47,651 nucleotides of DNA, taken from Vicinamibacteria bacterium. GTDB lineage: Bacteria; Acidobacteriota; Vicinamibacteria; Vicinamibacterales; UBA8438. The notes beneath the pieces are model-generated. The model was not told the origin of the DNA. It was given only the letters and a program-made list of their open reading frames with translations, and searched no databases. Numbering within the stretch: the stretch's first letter is position 1; each line of letters opens with the position of its first letter. This document shows positions 25,462 through 34,595 of the stretch, piece after piece. The stretch is taken from contig CAUZAY010000003.1 in the NCBI GenBank assembly GCA_963577695.1, positions 1-47,651 of the forward strand, in the 5' to 3' direction. The position numbers and the translations under genes are program-made.

Positions 25462-26308
25462 CGCCGATTGGCTGGCGTTGCGCGAGCCGGTCGACCACGG
25501 GTCGCGAGCCGAAGCCTTGATCGCGCCGCTCGTCGACGCATGGCAGACCCGCGGGTGGTCGCGGGTGCTGGACCTGGGCAGCGGGACCGGTTCCAATCTG
25601 CGATACCTGGCGCCACGGTTGCCAGGCGGCCAGGCCTGGGTGCTGGTTGACCACGATCTGGAGCATCTCCGCACGCTCCGGGGGCTCGCCAGGCCGGATC
25701 GGGTGAGGAGCTTGACCGTGTCGCCTGGAGACCTCGCCGCCCAGGATCTCGAGGAAGTGGCCGGTGTCGATCTGGTCACCGCCTCCGCTCTGCTCGATCT
25801 CACATCCGAACGATGGCTCGACCGCGTGGTGACGGCCTGCTCCCAGGCCAGGTGCGGAGTGTTGTGGGCGCTGACCTACAACGGGCGCATTCACTGGTCA
25901 GACCAAGAGGCCGACGACTCGGCGGCGGGCACGGTAGCCGTGGCGCCACGTGATACGGATCCCGACGATCGACTCGTCCAAGACGCGGTCAACCTGCATC
26001 AGACCGGCGACAAGGGGTTCGGGCCGGCTCTGGGACCTGCCGCCGGACGGGTGGCGGAGCGTCGCTTTCAGGCGGCCGGCTATCACACAACCCTTCGCGA
26101 TAGCCCGTGGCGCCTCGCCGCTCCCGATCGCTCAATTGTCAAACGGCTGGTCGACGGGTGGGAACAGGCCGCCGCGGCGGTTCGCCCGGCCGATTCCGCC
26201 CGGATTCGCCGCTGGGCCGATGGACGACGCGCGCGGGTCGCCACTGGTCGATTCTCGCTCACCGTGGGGCACCACGACCTCCTCGCCCTGCCCCCCGCCC
26301 CGCGATGA
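25448..26308 (+). CDS. Class I SAM-dependent methyltransferase
   Basis: WLALREPVD N-terminus, VLDLGSGTGSN motif I, DLVTASALLDL. Confidence 0.85.
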   Translation: METFDADWLALREPVDHGSRAEALIAPLVDAWQTRGWSRVLDLGSGTGSNLRYLAPRLPGGQAWVLVDHDLEHLRTLRGLARPDRVRSLTVSPGDLAAQDLEEVAGVDLVTASALLDLTSERWLDRVVTACSQARCGVLWALTYNGRIHWSDQEADDSAAGTVAVAPRDTDPDDRLVQDAVNLHQTGDKGFGPALGPAAGRVAERRFQAAGYHTTLRDSPWRLAAPDRSIVKRLVDGWEQAAAAVRPADSARIRRWADGRRARVATGRFSLTVGHHDLLALPPAPR

Positions 26309-27231
26309 GAATACCGGGCTCCTGGCGGGTGCTGCTGACCCTCGTTCTGCTGCTGGGTGTGGCCTGGTGGCTCGACCTGAACAGCGTCGCGGCGCGTTTG
26401 GTGGCACTGCGCCCCGGGTGGGTGGGGCTGGCGCTCGGCCTGTCCGCCGTTCAGGTGGCGGTGCTGGCGTGGCGCTGGCGTTTCACGGCGCGTCGGCTGG
26501 GCGTGCCTCTGCCCTTTGGCGAGGCGTGGTGCGAGTATTACCTGTCGATCTTCCTGAACCAGGTGTTGCCAGGTGGAGTCATGGGCGACGTGTCGCGAGC
26601 GTGGAGACAGGCGCGCGCGCGTCCCCTTCCCGATTCGGCCGCGGCGGGCGGCCCGGCGGCGCGGGCGGTCATCTTCGAGAGGGTGTCGGCGCAGGCGGTC
26701 ATGACCACCGTGGCCCTGGTGTCGCTACTGGCCGTGCCCTCGGCCGTCGGCCGGCGTACCGGCCCGATGGTGTTCGCAACCGTGGCGGCGTCCGCGGTGA
26801 TCGTCGTGGGTGTCGTGATCTGGGCCCGGCGGCAATCATCGGCCAAATCTCCAACCGGCCGCGTACTGGCCGAGCTTGCCACCGCGCATCTCTCCCCCTC
26901 GGTGTTCGCGGTACAGCTGTCGAGCGGCCTGTTCATCGTCGCCACTTATCTGGCCACGTACGTCGCCGCCGCGCGCGCCGTCGGGGTCGAGACCCCCTTC
27001 TTCGTCATCCTCCCCCTCGTGGCGCCAGTCCTGATGACGATGCTGATCCCGGTGACCGTCGCCGGGTGGGGACTACGCGAGAGCGCGGCTGCCCTGTTGT
27101 GGGGCGCGGTGGGCCTGACCGCTGCCGACGGGGTCACCATCTCGGTCGCCTACGGCCTCATCGTGCTGGTCGGCAGTCTGCCTGGCGCCGCGGTGCTGGC
27201 CATGGGCCGTCGAGGGACCGGCGGGACCTGA
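26305..27231 (+). CDS. Lysylphosphatidylglycerol synthase TM (flippase-like) membrane protein
   Basis: AWRW, FLNQVLPGGVMGDVSRA, IFER and PVTVAGWGLRE motifs; ~8 TM helices; ATGA coupling. Confidence 0.85.
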   Translation: MRIPGSWRVLLTLVLLLGVAWWLDLNSVAARLVALRPGWVGLALGLSAVQVAVLAWRWRFTARRLGVPLPFGEAWCEYYLSIFLNQVLPGGVMGDVSRAWRQARARPLPDSAAAGGPAARAVIFERVSAQAVMTTVALVSLLAVPSAVGRRTGPMVFATVAASAVIVVGVVIWARRQSSAKSPTGRVLAELATAHLSPSVFAVQLSSGLFIVATYLATYVAAARAVGVETPFFVILPLVAPVLMTMLIPVTVAGWGLRESAAALLWGAVGLTAADGVTISVAYGLIVLVGSLPGAAVLAMGRRGTGGT

Positions 27232-27264
27232 TAATTTCTCATCCACGACGGTCCGTGAGGCCCT

Positions 27265-27313
27265 GTGGCGCAGGCCTTCAGGCCTGCTCAGAACGTCTAA
27301 AGACTTGCTCCAC
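27265..27313. repeat. REP pair (second copy degenerate)
   Basis: GTGGCGCAGGCC-TTCA-GGCCTGC followed by inverted GTCTAAAGACTTGCTCCAC, between convergent genes. Confidence 0.6.
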
Positions 27314-27355
27314 AACGAGATCCGACGGTCGTGAGGCTCCGGCTGAGATGGTAAC

Positions 27356-28181
27356 TTAGTCTTGATCTTGGACAGTGTCACACCGGCCGCGCATGTCCCA
27401 CAGGCCGACTCCGGCCAGGACCACCAGATCAACAAACAGCAAGGGCGCGAAGACCGGCGCGCCGTGCAAAATTCTCGAACAGGCTGGACGAGAGGCCGTT
27501 GACGTCGGCGACGAGATGGAAGTAGAAGCCAGCAATCCCGACGACCACCTGTAACGCGAGAATCGCCATCGAGATTCGGATGATCGCGGTCTGTCGATCC
27601 ATCAGCACCACGGCCAGGAAGCCGACGGCGGCGGCGCTGGTGCCCACCGGGAGCCATTCCGTGGCGTGGAAGAACCCGTTCATCGCGTGGTCGCAGAGGG
27701 TGAGCATGAAATTGCCGGCGAAGCCGCCCAGCGCGAAGAAGACGATCCATTGGCCCCATTCCGCATCAGCGCTCGGGACCAGGCGATTCAGCAAGAGCAG
27801 GAACCCGAGGCCCGCGTACGCGAGGGGTGCGACGAATGGCGCCGTGTAGACCAGGCTTTGAATCGTCCACTGGGAGAAGAACTGGCTGTCCAGGTGATAG
27901 AGCACGCCGGCGAGACCGAGCGCGATCGAGGAGACCCCGACACCCAGGCCCATGATGTGAATGAGCGTGTGTCCCTGGCGGCGGTGCCGGAACCAGACGG
28001 CCGGCGCCAACACCAGGACGGCGCCGAGCGAAAAGCCGAGCGGCACCCACTCGGCCCCGTGCCGAAAGCGATTGAGGGAATGCGCGAGATAGACGTCCAG
28101 CACCAGGAAGGCGTAGTTCGAGAGGACGAAGGTGTCCAGCACCGCCGCCTTGTGCCGGTCCCACCAGAGCGGGTCAGTCAC
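27356..28181 (-). pseudogene. His-containing polytopic membrane protein (partner of octaheme cytochrome), frameshifted near 27470
   Basis: Two internal repeats (H..N.F.H..EW.P ... G..YHL ... AP..APL). The second repeat's HGAPVFAPLLF lies in a shifted frame after ENF and ends at TAA 27356. Confidence 0.7.
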
Positions 28182-29390
28182 CAGCGGATCTGAGTCCCGA
28201 GGCCATTTCTTCGAGCTCCGTCATCTTCAGGAGCAGCTCGTAGTTGCCGTGCCATTGCACGAAATCGGCGCCGCCCATGAACGCGCCATGTTTGGCCGTG
28301 CGGCCGAAATAGTGCCAGAAGTCGAAATACAGAAACTCGATGGCTTCATCGAACGGTGCCGGAGTCAGGAGCCCGTCGGACCGCAGGCCTGCCATCGGAT
28401 CCCGCGCAGCTCGCACACGCTCATTGGTGGCCGCCACGACCGCCTCGGCTTCCACGTAGAAGCCGTTCACGTTCGTGGACGCGTGTCACCTCAGGCAGGT
28501 CTCCTTCATCTCCGTCTGACCCGCGAGGTAACCGGGATGCTGTTCGGAGACCTCCGCGAACAACCAGTACGACAGCCGCTCGGTGGTGTCGTGTGTGACC
28601 TTGAGCCCGTCCAGCCCGCTCATGTGACACGTCGCGCACGTCGGAATCGGCATGTCGGCCGTCGTTAGACGTTTTGGGTCGACGCCCAGATCCAGGACAT
28701 TGCGCTGCGCGTTGAACAGCGCCCCATGTTTCCATTCGTTGTAGATCTCGATCTGCGAGTGGTCGGGGCCCATGTGGCACTGTCCGCACGTTTGGGGTTC
28801 TCGCGCCAGTGCGATCGACGTCGAATGCCTGGAGTGACACTCGGTACAGCTGCCGATAGAGCCGTCCTGATTCGGAGCGCCGGTCGCATGACACCCCAGA
28901 CAACCGGTCTGCATGGCTGCTGGGCCCTCGAGGTGGCCGGGCGATCGACGGCGCCCGGATGATGCTGCTCGCTCAGGGCGAGTTGGTCGGCGGATACCTC
29001 GGCGGCGCCGCGCACCGCTCCCCAGGCAGGCAGCGCGTGCCGGCTGCGTGCGAACTGTTCGTATTCCGTGCGGTGACACGCCTGGCAGTTCAGCGAGGTG
29101 ACATCGCCAGCGAGCACAAAGTTGTCGTGTTCGTTCGGTTCTTGCCCGTCGAGTGTCTGATGACAGTCGTAGCACGTGATGTCGGCCTGGCTGTGCGCGC
29201 TGCGCTCGAACTGGTGGACGACCGCGGCGGTCTCCTCACGGTGGCATTGCGCGCATCGCCCAGAGGCCTGCGTGAACGTGGGCGTGGCTCCGCCCGTGTT
29301 GGCCGGCGGTCGGGCGTGGTTGATCATGAGGGCCGCCACCATCAGGCTGCCTCCGATGACACAGGCAATGAAGATCGACTTGAAAGGTAT
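28174..29390 (-). pseudogene. Octaheme c-type cytochrome (HAO/multiheme family), disrupted
   Basis: CAQCH, CYDCH, CQACH, then a frameshift near 28933, then CLGCH, CTECH, CGQCH (MGPDH), CATCH and CLR-TGA-H. HAO-like C-terminus HGAFMGGADFVQWHG; start appears as ATA. Confidence 0.85.
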
Positions 29391-29397
29391 GGGTCGT

Positions 29398-30261
29398 TTA
29401 GCGAAGGTCGAAATCGAACAGAACGTCCTCGCCGAGGTGGAACGTTCGGCACGGTGGACGGAGCGCCCGGTCCAGCGAGCCAATCGGCGGGAGCGTGAGA
29501 GCCGGGCGTCCGGAACCGATCAGCATTGGCGCCACCGCGACGTGAAGCCGGGTCAGCGCCCCGGCCTGGAGGAAGCGCGAGACGGTGACGCCACCGCCTT
29601 CAATCAGGAGCCGCCGGAGACCGCGCGCGCGGAGCGCGTCGACTACCGCGAGCGGGTCGAATCCCGGCGGAGGCCCGTGGGGGGCGTCGGCGGACGCCGT
29701 TGGCAGGCTGATGACATCGTCGCTGGTGGTGGCGGGCGTGTCCGGCGATGCCCGGCGGACCACAAGCGTGCGGGCCGCCCCGTCGCTGAAGACGGCGTAT
29801 TCGGGTGACAGACGCGCGTTCGGGTCGAGCACCACTCGCACCGGGTTGGCTCCATCGACCCCCCGCACGGTCAGGCGCGGGTCGTCCGAGGCGATGGTGC
29901 CGGCACCGACGACCACCGCGTCCACCAGTGCCCTCAACCGATGCACACGGAGGATGTCGGCCTTGCCGGTGATGTAATGGGAATGTCCCTGTTCGGTGGC
30001 GATCCGACCGTCCAGGCTTTGCCCAATCTGGCCGATCACGAGGTCGGCATCCAGTTGCAGCGGCAGATACAGGTCGACGAGCGCCCTGGCCGCCTCGCAG
30101 AGCGGGCGCGAAGCGCTCCATCCTCCCGCATCGTCGATCTGCAGCCAGACCGGGTCATTTGCACTAGAATGGACGCGCGAAGAAGGCTGGGCGCTGGGAC
30201 CGGCTGCGGGCACGGCTCGAATCAAGCTCCAAGCGCTGGATTCGGTCACCAGAGTCGGCAC
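29398..30261 (-). CDS. ribD: RibD C-terminal pyrimidine reductase domain protein (no deaminase domain)
   Basis: QSLDGRIAT, HRLRA..DAVVVGAGT...DDPRLTVR, NPVRVVLD, LLIEGGG and APMLIGSG motifs. Start uncertain. Confidence 0.85.
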   Translation of the reverse strand: MPTLVTESSAWSLIRAVPAAGPSAQPSSRVHSSANDPVWLQIDDAGGWSASRPLCEAARALVDLYLPLQLDADLVIGQIGQSLDGRIATEQGHSHYITGKADILRVHRLRALVDAVVVGAGTIASDDPRLTVRGVDGANPVRVVLDPNARLSPEYAVFSDGAARTLVVRRASPDTPATTSDDVISLPTASADAPHGPPPGFDPLAVVDALRARGLRRLLIEGGGVTVSRFLQAGALTRLHVAVAPMLIGSGRPALTLPPIGSLDRALRPPCRTFHLGEDVLFDFDLR

Positions 30262-30326
30262 GTAGCGGTCTCCATTCAGCAATAACTGTATCGTGACCAC
30301 GAACGGAGTTCAGGTTGGACGGTAGC

Positions 30327-31481
30327 ATGCGAGACGCAGAGCGGGGTTTGTTCGACCTCCGGCGCGGTCGCCCCATTCGGGTGACCGGTGGCCAGACGTC
30401 TGACGAGGCCGTGCTGCTGGCCGCCGTCGAGGGCCTCACGCACGGAACGCTGGAGCAGTTGCGTGGGCATGGACGCGGCCCGGTGTGTCTTGCGGTCACC
30501 CATCATCGAGCCTATGCCATGGGGCTGACCCCGGCCCCTCCGATAGGCCAGACACCCGACCGCACCACTGGGGTTCACACGGGCGACGTCAGTCTGGGGC
30601 TGCGCGGTGAGACGACTCCGGACGGCCTGTGGAGTCTGTCGAGTGGCTTGGATCAACCAGACAAGGACGGCTTGGAGATGGGCGCCGCCTCCATCCCGGA
30701 GGTGGGTGGCCTGACCTTGGCGCGGCTCGGGCAGCTGTTGCCGGCGGTGGCGAGCGTTGCGCTCGGCCAGGACGACACGCGTGATGACGCGGGTGGCGAC
30801 GATGCCATTGCAACCGTGACCATTGAACAGATCCAGGAACTGGCCGCGAACAACCGGGTGGAAGTCACCTACGTCAGCGACGGGCCAGTGCCGCTCGAAG
30901 AAGCGGAAGAGGCCCGGTTCGTCTGTTTTCGCGAAGCCAACGGCATTCTCGAGCATGTCGCCATTCTGATCGGAGTACGAGAGGACTGGCCGGAGCCGGT
31001 GCCGGTGCGTCTGCACTCGGCCTGTCTCACTGGCGACCTGTTCGGGAGCCTCCGATGCGACTGCGGCCAACAGTTGCGTGGCAGCCTTCGGGTATTTGCG
31101 GCCCGAGGCGGCGGCGTGTTGCTGTATCTGGCGCAGGAGGGGCGCGGTATCGGCCTGGGAAACAAGCTGCGGGCCTATACCCTCCAGCAGCAAGGACTGG
31201 ACACGGTCGACGCCGATTGCGCACTCGGGTTCGGGGCGGACGAACGCCGCTACGACGCCGCGGTGGAGATGCTTGGGCATCTCCAGATCAATCGGATTCA
31301 GTTGCTCACCAACAACCCGGAGAAGGTTCGAGCCCTGCAAGCTGGCGGCATCGATGTGGCGGAGCGCCAACCGCTCTACGGCACGCTGAATCGGCACAAC
31401 CTGCCCTACGTCAAGGCCAAGGTCGACCGCGCCGGCCACTGGCTCACCGAGATGCTCTCGGGGCCGATCCGAGGGAACTAG
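30327..31481 (+). CDS. ribA: GTP cyclohydrolase II with degenerate N-terminal domain
   Basis: VRLHSACLTGDLFGSLRCDCG (three Zn Cys), QEGRGIGLGNKLRAY, DERRY, LLTNNPEK, Y..AK....GH. Confidence 0.92.
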   Translation: MRDAERGLFDLRRGRPIRVTGGQTSDEAVLLAAVEGLTHGTLEQLRGHGRGPVCLAVTHHRAYAMGLTPAPPIGQTPDRTTGVHTGDVSLGLRGETTPDGLWSLSSGLDQPDKDGLEMGAASIPEVGGLTLARLGQLLPAVASVALGQDDTRDDAGGDDAIATVTIEQIQELAANNRVEVTYVSDGPVPLEEAEEARFVCFREANGILEHVAILIGVREDWPEPVPVRLHSACLTGDLFGSLRCDCGQQLRGSLRVFAARGGGVLLYLAQEGRGIGLGNKLRAYTLQQQGLDTVDADCALGFGADERRYDAAVEMLGHLQINRIQLLTNNPEKVRALQAGGIDVAERQPLYGTLNRHNLPYVKAKVDRAGHWLTEMLSGPIRGN

Positions 31482-31521
31482 TCGGGGCCTCGCCGCGAAT
31501 GACTATTGACTGGCCGCCCGG

Positions 31522-32325
31522 TCAGTCGCGAAAGCGGTCGAGCGGGAACGCGCGCGCGTCCTCGATGACCTCGGCCAGCACCTGCCCATAGTGGCCCACC
31601 AGCTGCGCCCCCAACTCGGCCGTCGCCAGTGTGGCGTCGCCGGTCACCCCTTCCACATTCAGGTCGCCGGCCAGCCACGCGAACGAGGCCTCGCCTTCCG
31701 GACCAAGTCGACGCGTTGATTCCTCCAGGTCGTGTCCCAGCGACCGGAACGCCTTGATGGCCTCCCTCGTGACCAGGTCCGGCCGAAGATGGAGCATCAT
31801 CGCCGTTTCGACCGCCCCGCCGTGCAGCCCGTGACGCCACTCGGTGTCCGGTAGCGCGCTGTGGGGCGGGCGGGAGAACGCGAAATAGCTGGCCTTGACG
31901 ACCAGCAGTCCGTGGTCTTCCCGGAGCGCGAGCGCGGCCAGATCGAGCGCCCCCGTGTTGCCGCCATGGCTGTTGAACAGTACGAGACGCCGGATTCCGG
32001 TCGCCGCGATGGCGGCGCCGTGCTGGCGTATCGTTTCCGTCACCAGTTCCGGATCGAGGCTGAGCGTGCCGGGAAACCGCGCGTGTTCGCGGCTCGCGCC
32101 ACTGGTGTGCGGCGGCAGCACCGACACGGGTACGTCGGGTGACAGACGCCGACAGGCGTCCGCGAGGAGTCCCAGCCCAATGTCGAGGTCGGTCGAGAGT
32201 GGAAGGTGCGGGCCGTGCTGCTCGATGGCCGCGAGCGGCAGGACGACCACCGGGTCACGGCCGGCCAGCTCGGCGGCCTCGATGGTGGTCTGCGTGTGCC
32301 AGTAGGGAAGTGACGGCTCGGGCAT
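31522..32325 (-). CDS. Creatininase-family amidohydrolase (FAPy deformylase-like)
   Basis: EQHGPHLPLSTD, SREH..FPGT, NSHGGN and HGGAVET motifs. Confidence 0.9.
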   Translation of the reverse strand: MPEPSLPYWHTQTTIEAAELAGRDPVVVLPLAAIEQHGPHLPLSTDLDIGLGLLADACRRLSPDVPVSVLPPHTSGASREHARFPGTLSLDPELVTETIRQHGAAIAATGIRRLVLFNSHGGNTGALDLAALALREDHGLLVVKASYFAFSRPPHSALPDTEWRHGLHGGAVETAMMLHLRPDLVTREAIKAFRSLGHDLEESTRRLGPEGEASFAWLAGDLNVEGVTGDATLATAELGAQLVGHYGQVLAEVIEDARAFPLDRFRD

Positions 32326-32388
32326 GGTGGTGTCTCTGGGGGCGGTCTGGCCGGCCGCGCGAACGGCGAGACCCTGCGCACGGTGTCG

Positions 32389-33252
32389 TCACGCGGGAGC
32401 GACCAGACGCCGCCGACGGAAGACGGCGAGATCGTATCCGATCCAGCCTCGGGCCAAGCACGTCCGCAGCGCGTTGCCGCCGACCAGATGACCGAGCCGG
32501 GTGCCGTCGAGGGGGAGCCAGCCGAAGAGCGCGACGAAGCACGCGATCAGATGGTCGCGTGGACGGCCGAGCTGAAGATGGGGCGTGAGGTCGTCCGACG
32601 ACAGGTGATCGAAACCGGCGTCGGCCGCGAGGCGCCGCAGCTCGTCCTCGCGAATCACGGTGTTGAGGTGCCACCCGCGTTGGAAGCGGGCGATGGCCCG
32701 TGTCGCGGTCGGGGTGTCGACCCTGCGGCGGAAGTCGTCGCAGACGACAAGCAGGCCTCCTGGCCTCACGAGCCCGGCGCACGACTCGAAGAAGCGAGCC
32801 GGGTCAGGCCCATGCACGAACGACTCGATCGCGTAGGCCAGGTCGGCCGGCGCGACATCGTCCGGGGGCGCGCAGAAGTCGCCTTCGCGGCAGACGACGC
32901 GTCCGTCGAGTCCGGCCTCGCGAATGCGCTGGTCGGCGTACCGCACCTGTACCGGGCTCAACGTCAGCCCGGTGCCCTGGATGGGCAGCCGCCCAGCCAG
33001 GTAGCAGAGGCTGGCCCCGACGCCGCACCCGAGGTCGACCACGTGCAACGGAGTGGGACCGCTCGGCAGGGTTCGTACGTGGTCGAGGATTCGGTCTTCG
33101 ACGTAGCGAAACGCCGCCGCTGGGCTCTCGATGCCCGGGCTCCAGACTGGTCGGTGCAATGCGCCGACCACACCGCCCTGCCCATGGGCGACAAAGCCGT
33201 CCGTGTTCCGGTCGTAGTACCGTCGCACATCGGCGGCGTCGAACTCTGGCAT
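32389..33252 (-). CDS. Class I SAM-dependent methyltransferase (sterol/tocopherol-MT-like)
   Basis: VRRYYD, VVDLGCGVG, GLTLSPVQ, AIESFVH, LVRPGGLLVVCD. Confidence 0.85.
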   Translation of the reverse strand: MPEFDAADVRRYYDRNTDGFVAHGQGGVVGALHRPVWSPGIESPAAAFRYVEDRILDHVRTLPSGPTPLHVVDLGCGVGASLCYLAGRLPIQGTGLTLSPVQVRYADQRIREAGLDGRVVCREGDFCAPPDDVAPADLAYAIESFVHGPDPARFFESCAGLVRPGGLLVVCDDFRRRVDTPTATRAIARFQRGWHLNTVIREDELRRLAADAGFDHLSSDDLTPHLQLGRPRDHLIACFVALFGWLPLDGTRLGHLVGGNALRTCLARGWIGYDLAVFRRRRLVAPA

Positions 33253-33275
33253 GGTGGGCTGCACACGGGCCGCTA

Positions 33276-34055
33276 CTAGGCGGCGTCGCGGTTCGGGGTC
33301 TCCTGCGATACCGGCTCCAGACGCGCATAGACGTCACCGGAGCACCGGCGGGCGAGCGGCGTCTCCAATGCGGTCAGCAACGCGTCGCCGGACAGCCAGT
33401 TCTTGGACATCAACCGGTACGATTCCCCGGGGGACCAGTTGAAGCGGTAGGGCCCCAGTGCGTTCAGACGGGTGAGGCAGGCGTCCGTGTAGTCGAGCGC
33501 GTCTGGGAGATATTCGAACGACAGCGAGCGAATCGAGTGCGTGAGGCCGGCGAGCACCCCCGGTTCGCCGCCTTCGACGTCGATCTTGATGAAGACCGGG
33601 ACGCCGAAGCGCGCAATCAGGTCGTCCAGGGTCGTGGTGTCGACGTCGACCTGTCTGTTCCACTGGACGCCGGCAAAGACCGGGTCGCACACCCGGTCGT
33701 CACGCCATTCGGCGGTCAGCGTCGCCATCGTGGGCGTCCGGTCACTGACCGACAACGCGGCGCGTCCGCCGTGTTCGCCGACCGCGGCCTCGACAATCTC
33801 AATGTCTGGCTGTCGGGCGAACAACGTGCGCAGCAGCTGTGCGATGTGGGGCTGCGGCTCGAGGGCGACCACACGGCAGCCGAGCGCGCCCATGGCTCTC
33901 GTCCGATTCCCGACATGGGCGCCCAGGTCGAACGCCAGATCGCCACGCTCGACGAATGCCGAGTACAGGTGCCGGAGCCGACGTTGTCTGAATGGAATCG
34001 CGTGGTAGACCGCCAGTGACCGGAGAAGGCCGACCGCTCGACCAAGCTGGCTCAT
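33276..34055 (-). CDS. FkbM-family methyltransferase
   Basis: AFDLGAHVG, VVALEPQP, TTLDDL, FIKIDVEGGE, SFEY. Confidence 0.9.
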   Translation of the reverse strand: MSQLGRAVGLLRSLAVYHAIPFRQRRLRHLYSAFVERGDLAFDLGAHVGNRTRAMGALGCRVVALEPQPHIAQLLRTLFARQPDIEIVEAAVGEHGGRAALSVSDRTPTMATLTAEWRDDRVCDPVFAGVQWNRQVDVDTTTLDDLIARFGVPVFIKIDVEGGEPGVLAGLTHSIRSLSFEYLPDALDYTDACLTRLNALGPYRFNWSPGESYRLMSKNWLSGDALLTALETPLARRCSGDVYARLEPVSQETPNRDAA

Positions 34056-34134
34056 GTCCGCTGATCGTATCCTGAACGGTCCTCTACGGATGTCGATCCG
34101 GCCGTTGCGGATCGTCGGAGCGGACCGGACCCGC

Positions 34135-34140
34135 TACAAT
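34135..34140 (+). promoter_or_regulatory. Putative -10 box (TACAAT) for a leaderless transcript
   Basis: TACAAT ends 6 nt before ATG 34147, with no Shine-Dalgarno. Confidence 0.4.
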
Positions 34141-34146
34141 GCCGTC

Positions 34147-34578
34147 ATGCAACGCTCGGCTGCGGGCAGCCTGCGGGTCCTGTCGTGCGTGATGGGCGGC
34201 TTCCTCGTGCTCATGGCGCTCGGCAAGACCGGCTGGATGTCCGACAGCGGGCCGCTGATCGACGAGCTGTGGGGGTGGCGTGAGTCCGTGCCGGCACTCA
34301 GTGGCTGGTATCTGGATGCCGTGGCGATTCCGGGGGCACCGTTGTTCGCGCGGGTGGTGCCGATTGGCGAACTCATGACCGGCACCGCGCTGCTGGTCGG
34401 GTTCCGGGTGAGACTGGCCGCCACCGTGGCGGTGCTCATGGTGCTGAATTTTCATTTTGCGATGGGCATCTTGTTTCAGATGTCCTACCTCACGAATGGC
34501 TACGGACCGCCGGTGGTGGGGAGCCTGGTGGCCCTGGCGCTCGGCCCCGCGCGGTTGCCGTACAGCCTCCATCGCTAG
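34147..34578 (+). CDS. DoxX-family membrane protein
   Basis: Four hydrophobic segments; GELMTGTALLVGFRVRLAA DoxX-like motif; terminal YSL. Confidence 0.7.
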   Translation: MQRSAAGSLRVLSCVMGGFLVLMALGKTGWMSDSGPLIDELWGWRESVPALSGWYLDAVAIPGAPLFARVVPIGELMTGTALLVGFRVRLAATVAVLMVLNFHFAMGILFQMSYLTNGYGPPVVGSLVALALGPARLPYSLHR

Positions 34579-34595
34579 CCCGATGGTAGGGTGGT

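Noticed and set aside
28440-28488. In-frame TGA at the second Cys of heme motif 8 (CLR-TGA-H) with a downstream hairpin CGGCTTCT-ACGT-GGAAGCCG, suggesting selenocysteine
   Set aside because: The same gene has a frameshift and an ATA start, the partner gene is also broken, and the loop lacks a G in its first two positions. A TGY-to-TGA nonsense change is simpler. Revisit if orthologs share the TGA and the genome has selABC.
29398-31481. Riboflavin operon or FMN riboswitch
   Set aside because: No lumazine synthase, riboflavin synthase or deaminase domain. The ~65-bp divergent gap is too short for an FMN riboswitch and shows no such motif.
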